Shown: piece after piece, positions 51,927 to 64,000 of the stretch
Numbering within the stretch: position 1 is the stretch's first letter
How the letters are laid out: each line of letters opens with the position of its first letter
Source: Isurus oxyrinchus
Lineage: Eukaryota
NCBI GenBank assembly: GCA_026770705.1
Contig: JANJGN010000026.1
Location: 33,046,001 to 33,110,000, forward strand
Direction: 5' to 3'
DNA length: 64,000 bases
Made by a program: the position numbers and the translations under genes
Notes under the pieces: model-generated
Database searches by the model: none
What the model was told of the DNA's origin: nothing
The model's input: the letters and a program-made list of their open reading frames with translations, nothing else

Positions 51927-54174
51927 CGTTCTGCTGCCTGGAGCTGGGGGGTTTATATGACTGGAGTTCTAGACTGCAGCCCTGGACTGCACTGGGAGGC
52001 CGGACCTCAGAGCTGGACTGAAAGATTTTAGGCACGAAAATTAGGCCACGCCTGCCATTTAATTAAATCAAGGGTTCAAAGGGGGCGGAGCTGTTGCACT
52101 CAGTCTGTTGCTGCTTCGGAACTCACGACCCCCGAATCCGGCCTCGTAACCCCACTAGGTGTCGCGTGACACGCAGTTTGGGATGCCCTGCTTAATGTGG
52201 GCTAATGCTGATTTGCAGAGGGCAGTGTCCGCGAGATCAGTGGTGGGCCGCACGGATACACGGTCTCTGGTTGTGTGTTGTGTGAATAACTCTCAGGCTG
52301 AATGAGGGAAGCTTACAGCTATCTCTTGCTTCATTGGAGCTGGATGTTAAATCCCCTTCACATTTCTCTGTTGAACAGGGCGGTGTGAGATGGGCGTGGT
52401 TCTGTCAGTAGGTGCTGCTGCCCTCCTCCCCCCTGTAGTATGGAGCTGGGAGGTGGTTCCATGTGTATTTACTGTGTGGTCTTATTTCCACTCATTGCAA
52501 TACTGCAGGGAATTCATTAACACCCTGAAGGGGTTGACGGGATCTGGGTTAAATGCCTGATCTGAAGGAGAGAGCCTGAGGCGCCGCTGCCTCCCTCAGT
52601 CCAGCAGCTGATGATCAGCTTGCAATATGATACAGCCCATTGACAACATCCAGGAAGATATATACAACATACGCGAAAAACAACACCCCTCTCTCATTTA
52701 AACAAAGGCTTCCCTTCTATGTTTTGCATTTAAAATGATGATTCAATTCAGTGAGGATTGATTTCCAGTTCTGTAATATTCAGACTTATCATTAACAGTG
52801 ACAGAGTCTGCGAGTAAAGAATCCAGGACATGACAGAGTTCATGGGAAAGGGACTGTGCAATATTACAGGCAGACCTAGACATGTCAATAACGAAAAAAA
52901 CGGGGAATTCCCGATAGCGTCTGGCCGCACAAAAAAGGCTGACTGTGCGGCACACAAGCAAGGCAGACGGGAAGTCACACAGAACTAGTCGATATTCGAT
53001 ATTCTTATTGACATTCCAGCAAACAGGGCGTCCGCAATGTCCAAATATTCACCCAAATACGTGACTCTCATCATAGTGCCCGTTGTTTACCATTTTGTGC
53101 TAATATCCACCAGGTTCGTTATAAATTGGTTACTGTTTTATCTCTGGGCAAAACAACTGCTTATCTCAAATTTTAAATACCCGTTTTCCTGCCGACCGAT
53201 TTACAGATCAGCATGGAACTTACCAGAGAAGTCACAGCTTTAGGCGCCATTTGCGCAGAAACTAAATCGTGAGATTAAACTTGCAATGAAGTTTGAGCCT
53301 CTGTTCGTGTTTCAACAGGTCCGGATTTAATTGTACTAATCCTGCCCTTGATTGTGGCACGAGACTCTGCCTCTGTTAGTGTTTTGCCAGGTCTTGATTA
53401 TTATTTTCTGCCATTTGTCGTTGATAGATAGACATCGGTGTGACTCTGATAATATTTGGCTAGACCCTGTTTATTATTTCATTAGTCCCTGTCTCCTCGA
53501 TTACCACATTACTTTCTGCCTGTGGTTATGTTTCTACAGACCCTCACTATTATTTCATTAGTCTCTGGCTCCTTGATTATTACAGTAGGCTCTGTCTCAT
53601 TTACTGTTTCCCCGGGCCCTGATTATGATTGTTCTAGTCCACGACTTCTTGATTAATAAAATGGCCATCTATCCAAGTCATCATTGCACAAGTTTCTACC
53701 TCTGGCTGTATAACAATTGACCCTGTCTCAATTGTTATTGCACTCGATCTTGTCTCTGTTTACATGACAGGAGTCCCTTTCTATGTCTATGTCGATATCT
53801 ATGCGGTTGTTTCCATTACGCCAGAAATTTTTTAAGTTAGTACTACTCCTCTAGACAATGTCATTGTTGATCTTTCTTACAGTTTATATTACAACATATC
53901 ATATCCCTGTTTATACTACACTCAATCCTGCGTCTGCCAACATTAAGCTAGACCATGTCCTTATTTAGATTGCACTGGTTATTAAGTTATTACTGCATTG
54001 GGTGACGCATATATATCACACTGACCCTGTCACATTTACTGCTGCATTCTTCTAAGCCATGTCCAGTAATGACTTGCCGAGATCACACAATTCATACTAT
54101 TATATTAGACCCCCTCGCGGTTGTCATTGCAGGAGGTCTTGTCTATATTCCTTTAAGACATCAAGTGTAATATT

Positions 54175-54815
54175 CCAAAACAAAAATAGCTGGAAAAACT
54201 CAGCAGGTCTGACAGCTTCTGCGGAGAGGAACACAGTTAACGTTTCGAGTCCGTATGACCCTTCATCAGAACTAAAGAAATATAGAAATGTGGTGAAATA
54301 TAAGCTGGTTGAAGGGGGTGGGTCAGGTACAGCTGGGTAGAGGCCAGTGATAGGAGGAGGCAAAGAAGAGATTGCCAAAGATGTCATAGACAAAAGGACA
54401 AAGGGGTGTTGACGGTGGTGATATTATCTAAGGGATGTGCTAATGGGGACAATAAGGGTAGAAAGCAGGACAAGTTAGTGGCAGATGGCCCTAGTGGGGT
54501 GGGGTACGGGGAAGGGATCGAAATGAGCTATAAGATGGAGATAAAACTATAGATCGAAATAAATTTAAAAATAGGTGGGAAAAGAAAAATATATTTAAAA
54601 AATTATAAATTAATAGAAAAAGGCGTTCAGAAAGTGGGTGGGGATGGAGGAGAGAGTTCATGATCTGAAATTTTTGAGCTCAATATTAAGTCCGGAATGC
54701 TGTGGATTGCCTAGTCGGAAGATGAAGTGCTGCTCCTCCAGTTTGCGTTGAGCTTCACTGGAACATTGCAGCAGGCCAAGGACGGACATGTGGGCTTGAG
54801 AGCAGGGTGGAGTGT
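54175..54815 (-). mobile_element. Penelope-like element fragment (GIY-YIG C-terminus)
   Basis: HMSVLGLLQCSSEAQRKLEEQHFIFRLG...GLNIE; interrupts the 30-bp degenerate repeat. Confidence 0.7.
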
Positions 54816-55708
54816 AGAAAGTATAACGTTTCATTGGGGGCATGCCTGAGTTTACATTGCACTAGGCTCTTTCTTAATTGTTACCGAAACGAAATCATGT
54901 CTCTTTTTTATATTGCATTACACCTGCCACTGTTCACCTTCCAATCGGCTCTATCTCAGTTATTATCGCACTGGAACATGCATCTTTCTACTTTACATTA
55001 ACTGTATTTGCATTGCCTGTGCACTTGATTCTATATTTCGAATCTATTTTTCAGCTATTAATTCACCTGACAATGCTTCTGTTTATATTGCACCAAACCA
55101 TTTGTCAACTGCATATCTATCAGAAACTCTGTAGTTGGAGCCTCTTCTTATATTTGTGGTTTATCAGGAGAAACGAACAGTTCTGCAGTTTTCATATGGC
55201 CCAGAAGTTCTGTGTGATGGTCTCCATTTCAGAGGTCATCCCTTGTTAGCTAACTGTGGTTTCAAATAGCTCAGCTGTAAACCTATTAAAATAATTGGGT
55301 AACATTAAAGCATTAAACACTAAACCATTTATTAATAAACAAAAACATGGACTAATCTGACAACTAAAAACACGAAATAATTGGCCACGTGGTAGAGATG
55401 GCAAGAGGAGGTTTTCTGTTGGAGATAGGACCTCAGCTCAGTATCTACCATCAGGGGCTCTGCTTTGTGGTAGCATAAAGGCATCGTTTTTGGAGAGGGG
55501 GAAACCACAGAATCTGCAGCCAGCAGCTCGCCTTTACGTGTAATGGGATCATCCACCTTCCCAATGCTACAAATGCAAGAAACAGGGAGTTAATCTGTTT
55601 GTTCACAGAACCGGGAGACTCTCACTTGGAATAAAGGAGGAACGCTTTCAAAGTGATGCAGTGCTAAATTCTAAAGCTCCCTGGATTTTTTTTAGTCTGC
55701 GAAAGAGG

Positions 55709-55898
55709 ACGCATGGACCAGCAAATGGCCTCTTCTTTGCCACTTGCTATCCCATTCTCGCTATTATTGGTGCCCCAGGTAAGTAATTGATCACAATTAA
55801 GTTATTTATTTTCTTGTAAGTGTCCATAAATTTTACACCTTCCCTTTCAGGATCGGGCTGACTTTTTGACTGAGTGTAAGAGAATCGAACCAGGTGGC

Positions 55899-55936
<38 letters not shown>

Positions 55937-58209
55937 TGCATTATATGATATTATACAGTGTTATGGTAAATTAATGTCAATTACTTGCAGTTCCATGCTG
56001 AATCATTACAAGCTTTTATTCAAAATAGTTTGCCGCACATTTATACAGATAGTTTATTTGATCACTGAAATATGTATTGAAAGTTATGACATTGCCTGAA
56101 CAATAATTTGTTATATTATTGAACATTAGATTATATTCTAATATAGTGAAATGCAACATAGTGTTTTACTGTTGTGTGGAATTAAAACGTATCATGGTGT
56201 GGTCAAATTCATTTTCGTGTCCTGCTCTTATTAGAGTGTCAGAAAATAAATAAAACAATGCAATCATGATGTTATATCAATCGTAATGTAAAAATACATT
56301 TAGTTTTTACATGAGTGTGCAGTGTGACTTCTGGAAGGGTGTCACAATTACGACATAGCGAGTTCCTGCTGGCAGTCCCCATTGTTAATGTGTTACGGAA
56401 TTGATTATGGGAAGGTTTAAGAGAAATAGGTCGTGATTGAAGATTTTTATTCTATTATATGTTTGGCTTGTGCTGGTAGGTTTCCTACAATTTGGATAAT
56501 TACATTTCTTAAACATTAGCTTGATGTGGCTGCCCCTGGCAAGGCCAAAATGCATTGTCCATCTCTAGTTTGCACTTGGGAAGGTGGAGTTGCGCTTGGT
56601 TCTTCAGCCATTGCAGTACTTATGGTCGGGATGCTTCACAAGAACTTGAACAAATTTGAACGACGTATTTGACCCAAAGTTTGATCAAAGAGTTAGGTTA
56701 TGAGGAACATCCTAGAGAAGGAAGGAGAGACAGAAAAGTTGAGAGCAGGAATTTCAGAGATGAGGGCCTCAGCGACTAAAAGCATTACCGAGGCTAAAGA
56801 ATGATAGTTTCAGGGATACACACAAAATTAGAGGTACGCCGAGGCCTCAGATAGTTGCAGAATGTTACAGCGCAGGACGTGGCTATATTATGGGGGGGGG
56901 AGTTTAAAACTCGAAGGCCGAGGTTATTGAAACCCAGACGATGCCGAATGGGGCCCAATGTAGATCAGCGAGCGTAGGGTTAATGGACGGACGGGATTTG
57001 GTATGAATGTGGGTATCGGCAGCTGTCTCAAATGAACTTAAATTGGATAAATAGCCCTGGGCTGACTCAGTGACGAGAGAGCTGAGAATGTGGTGGGAAC
57101 GGATTGCAATGCCTTCTGGATTGACACACGTCTAATCCAGAATTGGATGTTTTACAATTACCAATGGCTTTTGAAGATTTGTGGTCTAGAGATGGCAAAG
57201 GGACGGATTAGGAGGGGATCAGTAACTGATTGGATAAGGCAGTAAATGGTGTTTGCAGTTCACTCGGTAACATCTCACTCTTTTTATCCCTCACGTTCAT
57301 CTATGACCTAACATAGTGGTGATCATAATCCTATCCCGAAGACAGTGTGGACTCTCCCGGTGCATCACCTACTACCTGGTGGCAATAGCAGTGAGCGATC
57401 TCCTGGTCATTATCACTGCCGCCATCCTCAACCGGATCGGCCGGATCTACTTTCGTGACAGTGTCCTGTCGACCACCCCAGCAAGCGCAGTCAGGATCAT
57501 GCTGGTCTTTGCCATGCAAGATGGCTCAGTCTGGCTGACAGTTGCCTTCACCATCGCCCGTTTCGTGGCCATCTGCTGTCAGGGCCTAAAGACCAGATAC
57601 TGCACCGAGAAAACTGTGGTGCTGGTTATAGGAGTGGTCAGTACCCTGAGGTGCGTCAAGAACGTCCCTTTGTACTTCGTCTGCCAGCCCTTGTACATCC
57701 TGGACGGGGTGCCCTGATTCTGTGACCGCAAATCCACCTATTTCACTTTCCCCGCCTGGCAGACCTATGACTGGCTGGACCGCATCTTAACCCCATTTCT
57801 CCCTTTCTTCCTCAGCCTGCTGCTCAATGTCCTGACCGTAAGACACATCTTAGCGGCCAGCAGAGCCCGCAAGAGGCTCCGGGGCGCCGAGAGTCACAGA
57901 GACCCCGAGATGGTCAATCGTAAGTGATCCATTATCCTGCATTTTGCGATTGCACTCAGCTTCCTCCTCCCGTGGGCCACCTATGTTGGACATTTCCTCT
58001 ACGTGTGGATTACAAGTAAGGACTGCTTCAACAGCATGAACTTCAATGACCCGCAGTATATCCTCCAGGAGACAGCCAACATGCTGCAGTTAGTCAGTTC
58101 CTGCAACAACGTCTTCATCTATGCGGTGGCCCAGAAGAAGTTCCGAGAGGAGCTGAGGAAGGTTTTGATGTGGCCGGTCACCACGTTCACTGGCTGGTTT
58201 AAACGGTAA
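55709..58209 (+). pseudogene. GPR139-like GPCR pseudogene, two exons
   Basis: Exon 1 55709-55778 (ACG)HGPANGLFFATCYPILAIIGAP with G|GTAAGT; exon 2 57308-58209 with acceptor AG>AC, DRY>ARF, in-frame TGA at 57715 and about 57925; paralogue of 21097-22004. Confidence 0.88.
55901..55933. repeat. (TA)n microsatellite
   Basis: Directly visible. Confidence 0.9.
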
Positions 58210-58794
58210 ACAAACGTTAAAACTTCTTCGCGTTATTTCACTTCCATCAGAGTAGTTCAATGTGTAGCACACTCTCTCTCTCCATAATTAGAAAGTGCTG
58301 GGTTCTCGCTCCCGGATCTGTGAGATTTCAGGCCCATACTGCAGTGCCGATAGTCCCACTGTGTCCCTGAAGGAATACTGAGCTAAGACAATTGTTGCGT
58401 TTCTGGATGAGATGTTAAACCACTGTGAGTATCTGCTCTCTTTGATCGATGTAATGACCCACAGTCGGAATTTCAGAAATGAGCAGGAGGAGCTTTCCCC
58501 AGCTTCTTACAATAACTGCCCCTCATTTAAACCAGTTGAAACCAGCTATCTGAGTACTTTTCAATTACATTTGTGAAATATTGCTCTGCACATTTGCTGA
58601 AGTATTTCCTTCATTACAATGGGAAAACACTTAATTGGCAGTAAAGCACTTTGGGAAAATCCTGTAGTCGTTCAAGGCTCTCTCTTCTTTCTTTTTTTCT
58701 TTCTTTATCTCATTCTTTCGTTCCCCTGCTTCACTGCGACTCTCTCCCCATCAACATTAATCTTTCCACTTAAACAAATGTATTTGATGAAATG

Positions 58795-61700
58795 GGATTT
58801 TTCCCCATATTATATTCCATTTGCCAGATCTTTGCCCACTCACTTAACCTCCATAAGCCTCCATAAGTCTTCTTTGCCACTTACGTTCTTACCGACATCT
58901 GAGTCATCAGCAAATTTGGCAACCATCCCTTCAATCGCTTCATCCAAGTCATTCATATAAATTATAAACTGTTGAGGTCCCAGCAATGATCCCTGTGGCA
59001 CACCATTCGTTACGTGCTGCCGACATGAAAAAGATCCATTTATGTTTACTCTTTGCTTCCTGTTAGACAAATAATCTTCTATCCATGCGAAAATGTTACC
59101 TGCTACACCATGAGCTTTCATTTTCTGCGATAACCTTTGATGCGGCATTTTTTCAAATATCTTCTGGAAATCTAAGTACAGCACATCCACCGGTCCCTCT
59201 TGATCCACAGCCCACGTCACTTCCTCAAATAATTCCAATAATTTGGCTAAGCACGATTTCCTTTTCACAAAACCATGTTGAATCTGCCTGATGAACTTGT
59301 TTATCCAAGAGCTCTGCTATAACTTCTTTAATAATAGTTTCTGACATTTTCCCGACAACAAATGTTAAGCTATTGGCCTGTGGTACCTCGCTTTCTGTCT
59401 CCCTCCCTTTTTGAATAATGGAGTTACATTTGCTATCTTGCAATCGAATGGGACTTTCCCAGAATTTTGCGAGTTTGGAAAACCAATGCATCAATTATCT
59501 CACTAGGCACTTCTTTTAATACCCCAGGATGAAGTCCATCAGGACCCGGGCTCCTGTCAGCGCACAGCTCCAAGAATTTACTCAGTACCACTTCTCTTGT
59601 GACTGTAATGTTCTTGACTTCCTTCGCCACTTCCATTTCCTGGTTTATAGCTGCTTCTGCGATGTTACTTTTATCCTCTGTAGTGAAAACTAATGCAAAA
59701 CACTAGTTTAATTCATCTGCCTTCTCCGTGATTTCCTTTATCAATTCTCCAGATTCACTTTCTGTGGGACCAACGCTCACTTTGTTAACTCTTCTCTCTT
59801 TTAAATATTTATAAAACATGTTTTATACACTTTTTATAATAATTTTAAACACTGCTTTTATATTTCTGGCTAGCTTTCCCTCATACTCTAATTTTCTCCT
59901 CCTTAGTAATATTTTAGTCATTCCTTGCTGTTTCTTGCATTTTGTCCAATCTTCTGGTCTCCCACCTATCTTGGCACAATTCTATGTTTTTTTTCTTTGA
60001 GTTTGATGCTATATTTAACCTTTCTAGTTAACCATGGATGGTGTGTCCGTCTCCTGGGATTTTTCCTACTTGTTTGAATGTATCTATTCGGTGCATTCTG
60101 AAATGCCCACTTAAATATTAGCCGTTGCATCTCTATTGACCTATCGCTTAACCTAATTTGCCAATTCACTTTAGCTAGCTCAGCTTTCATGACCTCGTAA
60201 TTGACCTTATTTTAAGTTTATAAACTTCATCTCAGGTCCACTTCTCTCTCCCTCAACCCGCCTGTACAATTCAATTATATTTTGGTGGCTGCTACCTAGG
60301 GGTATCTTCACTATGAAGTCATTAGTTACTCCCATTTTATTACTCATTACCAGTCCTAGTATAGCCTTCTATCGGATTGGCTCCAGAACATGCTCCTTTA
60401 AGAAACAATCCAAAAACATTCAATGTGCTCCTCAGTGAGCCATTCTTTGCCCATTTGATTTTTCCCATCTATATGTAAATTAAAACCTCCCATGATTATC
60501 GGCGTGCCTTTCTGTCAATCTCCAAATATTTATGTCATTATGGTCAACTCTACCAAGTGGTTACTGTTAGGGGTCCTGTGTACAACTCCCAGAACTTCCT
60601 TGGTGCCTTCACCATTTCTCATCTATACCCAAACCGTTTCCACACCCTGGATTCCTGAACTTAAGTCCTCATTATTTATTGTGCTAATACCATCATTAAT
60701 TAACAGAGTGAGCACTCCACCTTTTCCACGCTTCCCGTCCTTCCTAAAAACCATGTACCCTTCAATATTCAGGTCCCAATCTATGTCTTCCTGCAGCCAT
60801 GTCTCTATGATGGGTATTAAATCGTAATTATTTATGTCTATGTGCGCTCTCAGTTCATTTGTTTTATTTCGAATGCCACGTGCATTCAGATACAGAGCTT
60901 TTTGTTTTATCCTTTTATTCTTCCTATAACCTCTCGCTTCATCTGCTGATTTAATGTGAGATTTGTAGTGTCTATCCCTTCCTATTTTTCATTTCCCATA
61001 ATAATACCTTTCTCTTTTGTCTTGTCTCTGCTCCTTGACTTATCACCTTTTCCCAAATTCGATCCCTTGCTCCCACTATTTAAGTGAAACCACTTTATAC
61101 TTCCCTTGTTATGCGGCTCACAAGAGCACTGGCCCCAGTAGTGTAGATCATTCCAACGGTGCAGATACCACTTTCCCCAGTACTGGTGACAGTGCCCCAT
61201 GAACCGAAACCCACTTATCCCACATCAGTCTGTGAACCGCGCACTCATCTCCCACATATGATTTGTCCTATGCCAATTTGCACGTGACTTAGGTAATAAT
61301 CCAGAGTTTATGATCTTTGAGGTTCTGCTTCTTAAATTGGTGTCTACGTCCTCATGCTGACCATGCAGAAACTCCTTCTTTGTCCAGCCTATGTCGTTGA
61401 TACCTACATGGACCACGACGACTGGGCCATCCCCCTCCCGCTGCAAGTCCCTCTCCAGGCCTGAGCATATGTCCCGCACCCTCGCACCGGGCAGGCAACA
61501 GAGCAACCTGGATTCACGTATGTTTCTGCAAAAAACGGTCTCAACTCCTCTTACTATACTATCCCATACTACCACTACATTCCTCCCACTTGAATGGCTT
61601 CCTGTACCATGGTGCCATGGCCAGTTAGCTCATCTACCCTTCAGCCCCCACTCTCATCCAAACAAGCTGAAAAATCCTCAAACCTGTTGGACAATTGAAA

Positions 61701-62010
61701 GGGACGAGGCTCCTGCACTCCTGCCTTGTGAGCCTCCTTACTTCCTCACTCACAGTCACACTGTCCTGCCTCTGACCACTGACCAAATTAGATGAGCCTG
61801 TCCTAAAAGGTGTGTCTGCCTCCTGGTACAAAGAATCCCTCGCTGATGTGCTGCAGTGTCTGCAGTTCGGCCTCCAGCTCACAAGCTCGAAGCTGATGCT
61901 ATTCAAATTTCAAATATTTATTGCAGACGTGTTTGCCCTTTATCATACTGGCATCAAGGAGCTCCCACATGCTGCAGCTGTGCCACATCTCCTTTCCTGG
62001 CATCCTTAAT
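58795..62010 (-). mobile_element. CR1 LINE (ORF1 esterase through RT), degenerate
   Basis: WDSIVRG, CCLPGARVRD, VHVGINDI, KSCLAKLLELFEEV, GVPQGSLLGP, FADD. Confidence 0.85.
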
Positions 62011-62989
62011 GTGTTCTAATTAACTATTAAATTATTTCACACAATTACATAATTTGTTTTTCTTTTTATATATTTGATCAACCTTACCACCAGTTGCTAG
62101 ACTATTTTGAAATTTAGGAAATTTAGAAACCTTAGTCACTTGCCAGATACTCACCAAAAAACTAGCTTCTTCTCCTGTGGTAGAGTACAACCACCTTCTG
62201 AAGGCAGAGATTGGTCGAAAGCAGAAAGTAAAAGAGCAAAGCTTTCCCTTCTTCCCCTAACTCCCTCAATTACCCAACTCCCAGCACCCTATTCTACATT
62301 GCAATTCTTGCAGTACAGCACCTACAACAGTTGAATTCCCACTTAAACCAAATACTCGCATAAACTCACTCAGCCTCTGTCTCACTCAGGCCGAAATCTC
62401 CACTCATTGATTTCTGAAGTTACTATGGCGGCATTTTGTTAAGAACAAGCAAGTGTAAGTAACTGGGTTGTTCTTTCAGAGGCGCAGAGGCCCATTCAAG
62501 TGGGAGGAATGTAGTGGTAGTATGGGATAGTATAGTCAGAGGAGTTGACACCGTTTTTTGCAGAAACGTACATGAATCCAGGTGGCTCTGTTGCCTGCCC
62601 AGTGCTAGGGTACATGAGACATTTTGTTAAGAACAAGTAACTGTAAGTAGCTGAGTTGTTTTCTCAGAGGCCCAGAATACATGCTGCGTCCATTAGGTCT
62701 GCACCTTTGCTTTATGGTTATAAACAGCGCTATTCGCAACTACAGGCCACACGACCAGTTTTTCTCGGTGGATAAAGAGCTTTTTGAGAAATGGTGCAGC
62801 AAATGTATGCAGCGGTCGATTCTTTATTGCTTCCTTATCACTGAAAACCACCCATTTCCTCATCGTTGCTTGGGATGAAGGTCTTATCTTATTTAGAAGT
62901 CTTGAATAGTTTGGGTCAATGTCCAGTTGATTTTAGAAGATTGATAAGTAATTTAGACATGCATGATCCTGAGGTGGAGGGGGATGGGG

Positions 62990-63365
62990 CGGCAGTTGCG
63001 TCTTGACAGGGTAGATACAGGGGGTGATATTTCCACTTGTGGGAGTGACCAGAATTAGGTAACAGAGTTTAAGAATAACAGTGCTACATTTAAGACGGAA
63101 ATGAAGAGATTTGTTTTTCTCTCAGTTGTTCCTTCGTTTGTAGAATTCTTTTCCCCAGGAAGCAGTGGAGGCTGGTCAATAAATTTATTCAAGGGTGAAT
63201 TATGTTGCGCTAATACTAGCTAGATTTTTTTGTAGACAAGGGACTCAAGGGGCAGACGGAAAAGTGAAGTTGAGACCACAAGCAGATCAGCCATGAACGT
63301 ATCGAATGGTGCATCAGGTTCTAAGGGCTGAATGGCCTACTTCTGCTCCATGGTCTCATGGTCGT
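62990..63365 (+). mobile_element. CR1 3' end fragment
   Basis: gatcagccatga...gaatggcctacttctgctcc terminus. Confidence 0.6.
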
Positions 63366-64000
63366 ATTTTTATATGTTTCACGAGAGAATGTGGATGGTT
63401 ATGAGAGGTTTGAAACATAGAATGACAAGGTCGTGATCTGGTCTATTATAAACAGCGACATGGGATGGCCGTGTGTGACAGGAACTAAACAATTGTCTGG
63501 TGAAACATGAACCGCGCCAAAATATGTTCTGACATGATCGCCGAACATGATCAAATCTCATGAAATTTGATGCGATTTAATGTAATATGGATAAGATCCA
63601 ATAAATTAATAACAGAGACAGGGTCTAATCTAACATAAACGTGGGCATTTTCCCCTTCAGAGAGAACTGAGACAGGGACTTGTATTACGTAACAGGTCCA
63701 AACTCAAATACAATAATAATTGAAAACGGATTTTGTGTGACGTCAACAAAATCATTGCCTTGTTCAGTATGAAAAATGTAAAGATCTAGTGTGGCATTGC
63801 TAGGAACATGCATTTGCATATATTCAGAATGATGTGTTATGTGCTTTGCATGCACATGTGCTCCACAAACGAAATACGCAAACATGCATAGTACAGCATA
63901 GTACATGGTTTACATACATACACACACGCACACGTAATTGGTAGGGCATAACACCACCCTGAATTAGTAAACTTTCACATTACACTTTTTGCCCTTAAAT

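Overview
Vertebrate genomic DNA, almost certainly from a cartilaginous fish (shark). It is rich in CR1 and L2 LINEs, SINEs and Penelope fragments, and has a 410-N assembly gap at 46161-46570. The left third holds three minus-strand tandem C2H2 zinc-finger genes, two of them frameshifted, plus a CpG-island promoter. Two head-to-head two-exon GPR139-like class A GPCR genes follow. The minus-strand one has intact exons but a GC donor, and a full-length Tx1/L1-clade LINE with a 17-bp TSD in its intron. The plus-strand one is a pseudogene. Between them lie two duplicated minus-strand NAR-TCR cassettes (leader, NAR-like V, D, J, leaderless supporting TCR-delta V), both coding-defective. The most striking feature is a head-to-tail array of five intact 23-bp-spacer recombination signal sequences (RSS) directly behind the first supporting V-delta. 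The same unit recurs next to the gap in cassette 2. Cassette 2 has also lost three RSS heptamers through deletions spanning coding/signal borders. Family assignments are by motif recognition, not database search.
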